Shown here: in pieces, positions 27,098 through 36,678 of the stretch
Numbering within the stretch: the first letter of the stretch is position 1
Layout of the letters: every line of letters starts with the position of its first letter
Assembly (NCBI GenBank): GCA_943912265.1
Contig: CALTTS010000011.1
Coordinates: 15,309-79,308, forward strand
DNA from: an uncultured Xanthomonas sp.
GTDB lineage: Bacteria; Pseudomonadota; Gammaproteobacteria; Xanthomonadales; Xanthomonadaceae
Direction of reading: 5' to 3'
DNA: 64,000 bases
Program-made: the position numbers and the translations under genes
The notes under the pieces: model-generated
Database searches by the model: none
What the model was told of the DNA's origin: nothing
What the model saw: the letters and a program-made list of their open reading frames with translations, nothing else

Positions 27098-28741
27098 TCA
27101 ATGGGCATCGCACGCGGCGACGCGGGTAAAGGCCAGATCGGCGTAGTCGTAGCTGAAGTCGGCATCCGGGTCGATGGCCGCCATCGCCAGCGTGGTGGTC
27201 CGGGCGTGCGCGTCGTGCTTGAACGCCAGCCAGGGTTCGGCGTCCACGCTGTCCTCATCCCAGTCCACCAGCCAGCGCGTACCGAGCTTCATCACCCGGC
27301 CACGCAGCATCGGCGAGCGTCTGGATGCGAAACGCACGCCGCCGTCCGGCCCCGGGCAGATGCGCACTTCGCCGAACCACGGGTCGCGGTACACACCCTG
27401 CCATCCGGCCAGATCGCGCGTGCTCGCCGGCACCCGGGACGAGGTGTCCGGCTTGCGCGACGACGCCGGCCGCGCGGCATCTTCCCGATCCAGCAGGCCG
27501 GCGTAATACGCCGCATCGCGGTGCGCCTGCGGTTCGGTCCAGCGCTTGATCAACGCTTCGCCGAGTACCGTGCGCGCGGCCTCGCCTTCGCCGTTGGTGA
27601 GGATGACGAAACCGTTGCGCCGGTCCGGCAACATCGCCACCGACGAATACATGCCCGCCAGCGTGCCGGTATGGGCCACCTTCCATTGCCCGTCCACGTC
27701 GGCGATGCGCCAGCCGAAACCGTAGCCGTACATGTGCGTGTTGTCCCATTCGCGTGCCCGCTGCGAGATCGGCATCGGCATCTGCAGGGCCCACACCACG
27801 CGGCGTTGCGCCTGCGACAGCCACGTCGACTTCGGATCCAGCCACATGCCCACCCAGGTCAGCATGTCGTTGATGCTGCAGCGGATGCCGCCGGCCGGCA
27901 TGGACGCGATGTCAGGCACCACGTCGCCGTCCTCGCGGATCGGCACGTTGCCCGCTGCGGTGCGCATGTGCGGCTGGGCGACGTTGCCCACCCGTGCCGG
28001 GCGCCAGCTGCCGACCTGGCAGCGGCCCATGCCGAGCGGGCCGAACAGTTGCTCGCGCACCAGCACGTCGTAGGGTTTGCCGCCGGCTGCCGCAGCCACC
28101 TCGCCGGCCACCACGTACAGCAGGTTGTCGTAGGCGTAATGCGAACGGAAGCTGTGGGTGGGCTTGAGCCAGCGCAGCCCGGCAATGATGTCGGCGCGGG
28201 TGAAGTCGTTGGGCTCGGGCCACAGCATCAGGTCGCCGGCCCCCAGGCCCAGCCCGCTGTTGTGCAGCAACAGGTCGCGCACCTGGAAATTGGCGGTGAC
28301 CCAATCGTCGTGCATGCGAAAGCCCGGCAGGTATTTCGTCACCGGGTCGTCCCACTTCAGCCTGCCCTGATCCACCAGCCGCGCCAGCACGCCGGTGGTC
28401 ATCGCCTTGCTGTTGGAAGCGATCTTGAACAGCGTGTCCGGCGTGACCGCCTCGCCCTTGCCCGCTTCCAGCTCGCCGGCGGTGCGCAGGTAGACCACCT
28501 TGCCGTCTTCGATCACGCCGACGGCAAGGCCCGGCAACGCATAGTGCGCAAAGGTGTAATCGAAAGCTGCATCCAGCTCGGCCTTGCGCGCATCGTCCGC
28601 ATCCGCCGCCATGCCAGGCATGGCGATGCCCGCCGCCAGCAACAAGCCCGCAAGCAGACCGGTGCAACGTCTTGCCGCGAGCGCAGGAGAAGATGTCCGT
28701 CGTGCCACTGTTTCAAGCCTCCGCCGAGGGTTCGGCCGCAC
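27098..28741 (-). CDS. Serine hydrolase of the beta-lactamase/PBP-like family (class C-like; D-stereospecific peptidase candidate) with extra C-terminal domain
   Basis: SxxK (ASNSKAM), YxN (YAYDN) and H/KTG-like (HTG) motifs. Signal peptide. About 150-aa C-terminal extension. Confidence 0.8.
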   Translation of the reverse strand: MRPNPRRRLETVARRTSSPALAARRCTGLLAGLLLAAGIAMPGMAADADDARKAELDAAFDYTFAHYALPGLAVGVIEDGKVVYLRTAGELEAGKGEAVTPDTLFKIASNSKAMTTGVLARLVDQGRLKWDDPVTKYLPGFRMHDDWVTANFQVRDLLLHNSGLGLGAGDLMLWPEPNDFTRADIIAGLRWLKPTHSFRSHYAYDNLLYVVAGEVAAAAGGKPYDVLVREQLFGPLGMGRCQVGSWRPARVGNVAQPHMRTAAGNVPIREDGDVVPDIASMPAGGIRCSINDMLTWVGMWLDPKSTWLSQAQRRVVWALQMPMPISQRAREWDNTHMYGYGFGWRIADVDGQWKVAHTGTLAGMYSSVAMLPDRRNGFVILTNGEGEAARTVLGEALIKRWTEPQAHRDAAYYAGLLDREDAARPASSRKPDTSSRVPASTRDLAGWQGVYRDPWFGEVRICPGPDGGVRFASRRSPMLRGRVMKLGTRWLVDWDEDSVDAEPWLAFKHDAHARTTTLAMAAIDPDADFSYDYADLAFTRVAACDAH

Positions 28742-28804
28742 CCCCGCTGCGCCGCCGGCAAGCGCCGGCGACGGAACGACGGGCGACAGTGCGGCCTTGC
28801 CGGT

Positions 28805-31678
28805 TCACTTGAACTTGTATTCCGCCAGCACGCTGTAGGCGCGTCCGCGCGGATCGGCCACGCGCGGCTCCCAGCCGGCACCTGCCGCGTAATCGTTCAT
28901 GTGCGCGGTGAACGGCGGGTCGGTGTCGAACAGGTTCTTCACGCCCAGCGTGAGCTTCAGGTTGCGGATGCCCGCGTAGCTGACGCTGTAGTCGTAGACG
29001 ATGTAGCTGTCCACGTTCGGGTCCCAGCGCGGCGGAATGTAGGTACCGTTCCGCACGCTGACCGGCTCCTCGTCCTTGTAGCCGCCACGGTAGACCTGGG
29101 TCAGCGTGTGTGCCCAGTTGCCGCGTGCCCAGCTGAAGCTGAGCGTGTGCTTCCAGCGGATCGGCAGGCTGTAGTAGCGGACGTATTCGCCGACCAGGTT
29201 GTCCGAATACGGCAGGGTCTGCAGGTCCTTGGTCTTGTAGGTGCTCAGGTAGCTGCCGTTGAGGTGCACGTTGAGCAGGCCGCCGAACACATCCTCGAAG
29301 CGCGCATTGGCATCGAGCTCGATGCCGCGCATCAGGCTGCCGCCCGAATTGATGTAGCGCTGGTCGATGGCGACGATCTGCCCGCTGGAATCGCGAATGA
29401 AGTTGTCGGCGAAGATGGCGTAGTTGTCGATCAGCGTGTCGATCGAGATGCCCGACCGGATGGTCTTCTCGCGCTTGATCTCCCACCAGTCCACGCTGGC
29501 ATTGAGCCACTCGGTCGGTTCGATCACCATGCCGAAGCTCTTCTGCTTGGACTCTTCCGGCTCCAGATCCTTCTTGCCGCCGGTGATCAGGTTGGGCTGG
29601 ATCGCCTCGCAGCCGGCCTTGGTGGGGTCCGCCACGCCGCCCGGGCAGCTCGCCGGGTCGGCCAGATCCTGGCCGGTGTACGGGCTTTCGGCCACGCCGT
29701 AGTACATCTGGTTGAAGGTAGGCACCTTGAAACCCGTGCTGTACGCGCCACGGAAGGCCAGCATGTCGATCGGCTTCCACTTGAACGAGAACTTCGGATT
29801 GGTGGTGCCGCCGAAGCCTTCGTAATGGTCGTAGCGGCCGGCCAGCGTCACGTCCAGGCTGTCCAGCACCGGGATGTACAGCTCGGCGAATACCGCCTTG
29901 GTGTCGCGGCTGACGTTCTTGAGGATATTGCCGTTGTCGAAGGGTGCCAGATACACGCCCGCCGCTTCGGCCGCGGCATTGCCGCCGAATTCGTATTCCT
30001 CTCGGCGCAGATCGACGCCGGTGGCCAGCTGCACCTCGCCGCCGGGCAACGAGAAGCCGAGGCCGCCGGACACGCTGGCATCGACCGACGTGGTCACCGA
30101 CGTGCCGCCGTACAGCTTCACGCCGTCGGCCGATGCCGCTGCCAGTGCGGCCATTGCCTCGGCAGTCTGCGATTCGCCCTCGGTCAGGAACGGATTGAGC
30201 AACCCGCTGCCCAGCACCGCCTTCAGCTTGCTGGTGTAGTAGTAGCCGCTCTCCAGCGTGGAGGTGGACTTGCTGTATGCGCGCGACAGGCCCGCGTTGT
30301 AATCCCAGCTGCCCAGTGCTCCCTCGAAACCCAGCAGCAGGCGGTAGGACTTGGTGTTGGTCGATATCTGCCGCGAACCGCACGCGGTACAGCGCCAGCG
30401 GTAGGCGATCGGCGCACCGTAGTTGAGCTGGCCCGCACCGAAATAGGCAGCCAATGCGTTGTAGATATCGTCGTAGGCCGCACCGGTGCTCGGGTACCAG
30501 GTGCTGGCGTCGAACGTGCTGCCCGGCGATATCTGGTAGGGCTCGAACGACTTCTTCGCATCCACCTCCGAACCGACCGCCTCGAAAAACACGCGATGCT
30601 CGTCGTTGATCTTGTACGTGGCGCGGCCGATGAAATCCTTGCTCTCCAGCGGCTGCTGGATCACCGCCGCCGCCGGGTAGTCGTAGGCGCAGGCATAACG
30701 CGCGGTGCTCACGCCCCACATCGTGTAGTCGTACGGCCCCATCATCGAACTGGCGCTCTCGCAACCGGAGGCGCCCGGCAGGTTGAGCACGTTGATGTAT
30801 TGCTGGGTTGAATTGTCCAGCGGGTCCTTCACGCCGTTGCCGATCAGCGAACCGGCACGGTTGGCCACCGTGGCGAACGGCGTGCCGCGCGTGTCGGGCG
30901 ACAGGCCACGGTCGGCCTGGAAGCCATTGGAGAAATCGCGATCGGTACCGCGCAGGATTTCGTTCTTCTTCCAGCTCAGCGTGGCAAACGCGTTCCAGCC
31001 GTCCTTGTCGAGGTCGCCGCCGCCCACCAGCAGGCTGCCGCGATAGATGCTGCCGCCCCCGGCCTCGGCCGCGTCGACGAATGCGGAAACCTCCGCACCC
31101 TGGTAATCGGTCTTGGTGATGAAGTTGATGACGCCGCCAATGGCGTCGGTGCCGTAGATCGCCGACGCGCCATCGCGCAGCACTTCCACACGCTCGATGG
31201 CGGCGAACGGGATCGAGTTGAGGTCGACCACGCGTCCCTTCAAACCATGGGCCGCTACCCGGCGCCCGTTCAACAGCACCAGCGTCGCGTCCGCACCCTG
31301 CCCGCGCAGGTTGGCCGACGACACGCCGTTGTTGCCGCGCTGGTCCACCCCGGACACGATGCCGGCGTTGCTGGCAAGGTTGTCCGAGCCGTTGCCGGCG
31401 ATGTTGAGGTACATCAACAACTGCTCGGCCGAGCTGATGCCCAGCGCATCGATCTGCTGCTTCTTCATCACCGTGATCGGCAGCTGGGTCTCGATGTCGG
31501 TGCGCTTGATGCGCGAACCGGTGACCGAAACGCCATCGAGCGTCTTGGCCTCGGCTTTTTTCGTTTCGCTGTCCGTGGCGGACGATTGGGCCGACGCGGC
31601 GACCGGACAGGCCAGCGCGATCAGCAGGGCCGCGCTCAGGCGGTGGAAAGAAAGGCGTTCAGGCATCAGGGCAGGCAT
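28805..31678 (-). CDS. TonB-dependent outer membrane receptor
   Basis: Signal peptide, TonB box/plug (DGVSVTGSRIK...), a long beta-barrel and an aromatic C-terminus. ATG chosen at 31678; an alternative is at 31666. Confidence 0.85.
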   Translation of the reverse strand: MPALMPERLSFHRLSAALLIALACPVAASAQSSATDSETKKAEAKTLDGVSVTGSRIKRTDIETQLPITVMKKQQIDALGISSAEQLLMYLNIAGNGSDNLASNAGIVSGVDQRGNNGVSSANLRGQGADATLVLLNGRRVAAHGLKGRVVDLNSIPFAAIERVEVLRDGASAIYGTDAIGGVINFITKTDYQGAEVSAFVDAAEAGGGSIYRGSLLVGGGDLDKDGWNAFATLSWKKNEILRGTDRDFSNGFQADRGLSPDTRGTPFATVANRAGSLIGNGVKDPLDNSTQQYINVLNLPGASGCESASSMMGPYDYTMWGVSTARYACAYDYPAAAVIQQPLESKDFIGRATYKINDEHRVFFEAVGSEVDAKKSFEPYQISPGSTFDASTWYPSTGAAYDDIYNALAAYFGAGQLNYGAPIAYRWRCTACGSRQISTNTKSYRLLLGFEGALGSWDYNAGLSRAYSKSTSTLESGYYYTSKLKAVLGSGLLNPFLTEGESQTAEAMAALAAASADGVKLYGGTSVTTSVDASVSGGLGFSLPGGEVQLATGVDLRREEYEFGGNAAAEAAGVYLAPFDNGNILKNVSRDTKAVFAELYIPVLDSLDVTLAGRYDHYEGFGGTTNPKFSFKWKPIDMLAFRGAYSTGFKVPTFNQMYYGVAESPYTGQDLADPASCPGGVADPTKAGCEAIQPNLITGGKKDLEPEESKQKSFGMVIEPTEWLNASVDWWEIKREKTIRSGISIDTLIDNYAIFADNFIRDSSGQIVAIDQRYINSGGSLMRGIELDANARFEDVFGGLLNVHLNGSYLSTYKTKDLQTLPYSDNLVGEYVRYYSLPIRWKHTLSFSWARGNWAHTLTQVYRGGYKDEEPVSVRNGTYIPPRWDPNVDSYIVYDYSVSYAGIRNLKLTLGVKNLFDTDPPFTAHMNDYAAGAGWEPRVADPRGRAYSVLAEYKFK

Positions 31679-31932
31679 AGCGTCTCCGTCGTTGTTCCCG
31701 TGCAACAGGCGTTGGCGTCGTCACCCGGCATGCACAGCGTGCCGGCGACACATGGTTGTCTCCACAAGCAGGAATGGCAGGAAGCCACCACGACACCATC
31801 CCTGGCAATCGAACCCGCATCCGATGTCTGAAAATCCCTGCATGGGCGCGTTCCCCTCCACGCCGATGCCGCTTGCTGATTACCACGCATGGAAAACCGG
31901 CTCAAGCACATTGGCTCGCGCCTGCCGACGAG

Positions 31933-31965
31933 CCCGCCCCCGCGATGCGGAGGCGGGTCCCCTTT
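31933..31965. terminator. GC hairpin + T-run between the two TonB receptor genes
   Basis: CCCGCCCCCGC-gat-GCGGAGGCGGG followed by TCCCCTTTT on the plus strand. About 290 nt of non-coding DNA separate the two receptor genes. Confidence 0.3.
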
Positions 31966-31969
31966 TGCC

Positions 31970-34900
31970 TCAATAGTTCAGCGATACCACCAGTTGCGCG
32001 TAGCGCGGCGACTGGAAGCTGGTCGGCCACAGGAACGTTTCGTTGTGGTGGCCGATGTCGTCTTCCAGCGTCTGATCGACGGAAAGCTTTTTCTGCTGGT
32101 TGGTCACGTTGTAGACGGCAAACTTCACCCGCAAATTGGCATCGCCGAACTGCTTGGCCCATGTGGTGCTGAGGCCAAGCTCGTAGGTGAACGGCATGCG
32201 CCCGTAGGCGCCTCGGGTGGACGAGGCATACACGCGCTCGGATGCCACGGCCGAGGTGCAGTTCTCGATGCACACGTAGTAGCTGTGGTAGTTGGTGCCA
32301 TCGAACGGATTGCCCACGCCGAAACCGGTGATCGGGCCGCCGGTACGGGCATCCAGGGTTGCGCCGATGGTCCAGTCATCGGTAATGGCGTAGCTGCCGC
32401 GCAACTTGAGCTGGTGGCGACGGTCGTTGGGCAGATAACCGTAGCCGTTGTAATTCACCCATGGATCGTCGAAGTTCTCGGTCCGGCCCGTATCGGCAAA
32501 ATCGGTATCCGAATTGACCGGGCCTTCGGCATTGCCCTTGCCCCACGACAACGTGTACGAGGCATTCATCGACCACTTGCCGTCCCACGCGCGATCCAGC
32601 TGCAGTTCCAGCGCCTTGTAATCGCGCTTGGGCTTCACCCAACCGCGCTGCCCGACATAATTGCCATTGTCGTCATACAGCGCCCAGCCTTCCTTCGAGG
32701 TATCCACGGTCAGCCAGCCATCCGCACTGCCGTCGCAATTGGTGTCACCCCACACGGTGACCTTCTTGCCCGGGTTGGCCATCACCCAGCCCACGTAGGA
32801 ATCGCCACACTGGCCGGTGGCGGTGATCTCCATGTCGTCGATGGCGTTGTGCAGCTTGCGGTAGATGCCGCGCACCGCATACGACCATGCATCGTTGATG
32901 GACTGCTGGAAGCCGAGGATCGCCTCGTCCTGATAGACCGGATCCATGTTGCGGTCCACTTCCGAACGCAGATCGCCCACCGTGCCGTTGCCCTGTGAAT
33001 CGTCGACCGCACCGATCTGCGCGCCGAGAATCGGCGTCACGTAGGTCAGGCCGTTGAGCGTCTTGGTTTGCCAGCCGTCCAGCGCGTAGTAGGTGCGCTC
33101 GTCGAGCAGGCCACCTGCCTGCTTGATGTTGATCACGTTGGCCACCGGCAGGAAGTAGCGGCCCACGTTGCCGAACAGCTTGGTGGTACCGTCGCCCCTC
33201 ATGTCCCATGCGAAGCCGAAGCGCGGCGCCCACATGTTGTCCATCTTGATGTAGCTCTTGCCGGCGGCATCCTTGTTGTCGAAGCCTTCGTTGCGGATGC
33301 CGAGGTTGATCAGCAGGTTGTCGGTGACCGACCAGTTGTCCTCGAGGTAGTAAGCCGAGTTGGTGGTCTCGAAGCTGCCGCTGATCTCGTAACGACGCGC
33401 ACGCACATAGGCCGTGGTACCGGCCGGCACGACACCGCCATTGGCCAGGGTCGAGCCGGGCGTGGTCGCCGAGACGGTGTAGTAATAGCCGCCGGGGCCC
33501 GGATAATGGCGATCGTAGTCGGAGGTGTCCTTCTCGTGATCGACACCGAAGCGCAACAGGTGCGAGTCACCCAATTGCCACTCCAGATCCACGCGCGCCT
33601 GCTTGCGCTCGTCCAGACGCGACTCGACCTTGCTGCTGGACGTGCAACCGGCGGCCACGCCGGTCGGGCGGACCGAGACCGGAGCGGACACGTAGTTGCA
33701 CTCGATGTCGGTCTGGCTCTTCTGCGAGGAATTGCGCTGGTTGTCGCCATACATCGCGCGCAGCGACAAGCCATCGGTCAGGTGGCCGGTATAGCTCAAC
33801 GCCCAGTTCTTGCCACCGGATTTGGTGTAGACCTTGTTGGTCAGATCGCCCTTGGTATCGGTATCCAGGTCGTAACCGTAGACGTCGTATACCCAGTTGT
33901 CCTTGTCGCTGAAGCCCAGCAGGCTCAGGCGATGGTCGTCGTTGATCTGCCAGTCGAGCTTGCCGCCCCAGAACCCGTCATTCGTGGAGCCGTCCGAATA
34001 GGTGGTGCCGCTGCTGTTGGTGTAGCGGTCACGGTCGAAGCGGCCCTCGTAGAGGCCAAAGAAGAACAGCTTGTCCTTGATCAGCGCGCCCGAAGCCCAC
34101 AGGTCGATCTTGTTGGTGTCGTGATCGTCCTTGCTGGAGATGATGTAGGGGTCGCCATTGGGCGCATAGTGATCGTCCGCCTTGGCCTGCAGCGCCGACG
34201 GCTCGAAGGTCATCTCCATGCCGGCGTGGAACTCGTTGCTGCCCGACTTGGTGGACGCGTTGATGACGCCGCCGGTGGTGCGGCCGAACTCCACCGAATA
34301 GCCGCCGGTCTTGACCTGGAAATCCTGGAAGAACAGGAAGGGTGCGGCCGAGAAACCGACGCGGTTGTAGAAGTCGGTGACGTTCAGGCCATCGATGTAG
34401 ACCGAATTCTCGGCTACCGACGAGCCGCCGAACGAGATGCCCTGAGAGCCGAGCGATGACTTGCCCGCCACCACGCCCGGCGCCAGCAAGGCCACCGACT
34501 TGAGGTCCTGCGCCACCGGCAGGCGCGCCACGTCCTGCGAGCTGATGTTCATCGCCGACTCGGTGGAGGTCACGTCCACCATGTTGATCACGCGCGGCGC
34601 GGACACCTGCACCGAGCCGAGCGTGCTGATGCCGCTGATCGGCACGTTGACGGTGGTGGCGTTGCCGATGGAGACGGTGACGTCGGTCACCTTGGTGGCC
34701 GCGCCGCCGTCGCGCGACAGCTCCATCACGTAATTGCCGACCGGCAGCAGCGGAATGCGGTAATTGCCGTTGGCATCCACCGCCACCGCGCGCGAGAACC
34801 CGGTATCCGGGTTGCGCACGGTGATTGAAAGACCGTTGAACGACTCGCCCTTCGGCGCGATCACGCGGCCGACCACCGAACCATCCTGCGCGAACGCGGC

Positions 34901-34972
34901 CGGCGCCAGTGCCCCCATGCAGGCCCCCAGCGCGATGCACAGCGCCGCCTTCCTCAAACCCTTGCCCCTCAT
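31970..34972 (-). CDS. Oar-type TonB-dependent receptor (carboxypeptidase-regulatory-like N-domain + barrel, ~1000 aa)
   Basis: Signal peptide MRGKGLRKAALCIALGACMGALAPAAFAQ. CarbopepD_reg-like segment (GRVIAPKGESFNGLSITVRNPDTGFSRAVAVDANGNYRI), then plug and barrel. RBS GGAGAG. Only 56 nt downstream of the transglutaminase-like gene. Confidence 0.85.
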   Translation of the reverse strand: MRGKGLRKAALCIALGACMGALAPAAFAQDGSVVGRVIAPKGESFNGLSITVRNPDTGFSRAVAVDANGNYRIPLLPVGNYVMELSRDGGAATKVTDVTVSIGNATTVNVPISGISTLGSVQVSAPRVINMVDVTSTESAMNISSQDVARLPVAQDLKSVALLAPGVVAGKSSLGSQGISFGGSSVAENSVYIDGLNVTDFYNRVGFSAAPFLFFQDFQVKTGGYSVEFGRTTGGVINASTKSGSNEFHAGMEMTFEPSALQAKADDHYAPNGDPYIISSKDDHDTNKIDLWASGALIKDKLFFFGLYEGRFDRDRYTNSSGTTYSDGSTNDGFWGGKLDWQINDDHRLSLLGFSDKDNWVYDVYGYDLDTDTKGDLTNKVYTKSGGKNWALSYTGHLTDGLSLRAMYGDNQRNSSQKSQTDIECNYVSAPVSVRPTGVAAGCTSSSKVESRLDERKQARVDLEWQLGDSHLLRFGVDHEKDTSDYDRHYPGPGGYYYTVSATTPGSTLANGGVVPAGTTAYVRARRYEISGSFETTNSAYYLEDNWSVTDNLLINLGIRNEGFDNKDAAGKSYIKMDNMWAPRFGFAWDMRGDGTTKLFGNVGRYFLPVANVINIKQAGGLLDERTYYALDGWQTKTLNGLTYVTPILGAQIGAVDDSQGNGTVGDLRSEVDRNMDPVYQDEAILGFQQSINDAWSYAVRGIYRKLHNAIDDMEITATGQCGDSYVGWVMANPGKKVTVWGDTNCDGSADGWLTVDTSKEGWALYDDNGNYVGQRGWVKPKRDYKALELQLDRAWDGKWSMNASYTLSWGKGNAEGPVNSDTDFADTGRTENFDDPWVNYNGYGYLPNDRRHQLKLRGSYAITDDWTIGATLDARTGGPITGFGVGNPFDGTNYHSYYVCIENCTSAVASERVYASSTRGAYGRMPFTYELGLSTTWAKQFGDANLRVKFAVYNVTNQQKKLSVDQTLEDDIGHHNETFLWPTSFQSPRYAQLVVSLNY

Positions 34973-35028
34973 CCTGCTCTCTCCTTCAGGTGAATCCGTG
35001 ATTGGTTGAACGGTGGTGCGTCCCGGCG

Positions 35029-36552
35029 TCATCGCTTCCCGCCGGCAGGCAACATCTGCCAGCGGAAGTCGTAGGTCCATTGATCGAAATAAAGATTGCC
35101 GCCGCGCCATTCGACTTCGCCGCGCTGGTTGTCCACCGTTTCGGAGCGGACGAAGCGTTTGGCCGGCACGAAGGGCTGCGAGATCGCATCGTTGAAGGTC
35201 ACCCGGTAGGCATCCAGGCCGCCGAGGTAGAACCAGCGCAGGTCCGGGTCGTCGGATGCCAGCTGGCCGGTGGTGACATCCATCGGCACCCAGCCGTAGG
35301 GCGCCAGATAGAGCTGGCCCCAGTCGTGCATCGTGTCGTAGTCGCCATCGGAGAACACCCAGCCGGACTGCCAGCGCGCCGGGATGCCGTTCATGCGCAA
35401 CAAGGTGATCAGCAGCAGGGTCTGTTGGCCGCAATCGGCGTGGCCGGCGCGGAATGCGTAATCGCCGATGTTGGAGATCGTCGAATACTCGCGCGCGCCG
35501 CCCCACGGGATGGCATCGACGGCGGCGAACAGCTTCTGCGCGATCCGGTACGGGTTGGTCTCGTCGCCGACGATGGCCTTCGAGTAGGCATGCAGCGCCG
35601 GGCTGAAACGGATGTGCGGCCCTTCTTCACCCAGGTAAGGCGCCAGTGCGGGGTCGTCCGCATGGGCCGGCGTCACTTTGTCCGCATCGATCCGGAACCG
35701 CCGGCCGTGCGTGGTGACTTCGTAGCGGATCTCGAACGTGGTCGGCTTTCCGGCCACGGCCCGGGCTTCCAGATACGCCGTGCGCTGCAGCGCCGATGCC
35801 GGCGCCAGCTGCGCATTGCCGGAGGTGGCGGAGAGCAGGCGGATGTGGTCCTGCTGGCCGGCGATTTCGCGCGGATACGGCAGCCACACGCGCAGCGTTT
35901 CGCCGGCCGGCACCGCATCGGGCTTCACCGTCAGCGTGTAGTCGATGCGCACGCGCCGCGGTTGCACGCTGTCGGCCCCGGTTGCCCTGGCTTCCTCGAC
36001 CGCCGCCACGTGGTAGGGGTTCAGCGACTCCATCTGGCCGTCGGCCGCCGCGTGCACCGGTGGCGCGCGGCGCGCGGCCGCCTGCGGATTCAGCAGGAAC
36101 AGGTTGGACGGCGCGCGGTTGAACCAGCGCCGCTGGCCGTCGATGTCCAGATGCTCGATCCAGCCGGCTTCGTCCCAGCGATCGAACTCGGCCTCGCCCA
36201 GATCGGGGATCTGGCGCCGGATGCGTTCGAGTACCTGCGCGCGGTCCAGCGTGAAATCCAGGCGCATGCGATGCATGCGTTCGCGCTGGAAATCCCAGGC
36301 GGCCCGCGCGTCCGGCGTCAGGCCGGGCCGGGTCAAGGCAGCATCGATCGCGCGTTGCGCACCGGCAAAGTCGCCCGCGTCGACCATCGCCACCGTGCCA
36401 TCCATGCCGGGTGCATGTGCCGGCGGCACCGGCATCTGCTGCGCGCCGGCGTCTGCCAGAGCCAGGGACAGCACCACACCGAACGCCAACCGGCGATGGC
36501 GGATGCAACGGGGTTGGCGAGCGGGGGCGGACACGTCGACACTTCCCTGCAT
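35029..36552 (-). CDS. Secreted transglutaminase-like cysteine peptidase domain protein
   Basis: Signal peptide. Transglutaminase core with Cys nucleophile (HADCGQQTLLLITLLRMNGIPARWQSGW) and downstream His/Asp. Confidence 0.7.
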   Translation of the reverse strand: MQGSVDVSAPARQPRCIRHRRLAFGVVLSLALADAGAQQMPVPPAHAPGMDGTVAMVDAGDFAGAQRAIDAALTRPGLTPDARAAWDFQRERMHRMRLDFTLDRAQVLERIRRQIPDLGEAEFDRWDEAGWIEHLDIDGQRRWFNRAPSNLFLLNPQAAARRAPPVHAAADGQMESLNPYHVAAVEEARATGADSVQPRRVRIDYTLTVKPDAVPAGETLRVWLPYPREIAGQQDHIRLLSATSGNAQLAPASALQRTAYLEARAVAGKPTTFEIRYEVTTHGRRFRIDADKVTPAHADDPALAPYLGEEGPHIRFSPALHAYSKAIVGDETNPYRIAQKLFAAVDAIPWGGAREYSTISNIGDYAFRAGHADCGQQTLLLITLLRMNGIPARWQSGWVFSDGDYDTMHDWGQLYLAPYGWVPMDVTTGQLASDDPDLRWFYLGGLDAYRVTFNDAISQPFVPAKRFVRSETVDNQRGEVEWRGGNLYFDQWTYDFRWQMLPAGGKR

Positions 36553-36613
36553 GGCTGAAGTAACGGTTGTGTAACACGGGCTGAATCGGCCAGTCAATAA
36601 ATTATTCGCAATT

Positions 36614-36631
36614 GTTGTTTTGATAGAAACA
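36614..36631. promoter_or_regulatory. Palindrome TTGTTT-N6-AAACAA inside an AT-rich divergent promoter region
   Basis: AT-rich island 36590-36645 in a 70% GC background, between the divergent transglutaminase-like and NlpC/P60 genes. Confidence 0.3.
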
Positions 36632-36678
36632 AGTATTCTTCGACCACCCGCAACCCCAACCGCGACACTGGGAGTGCC

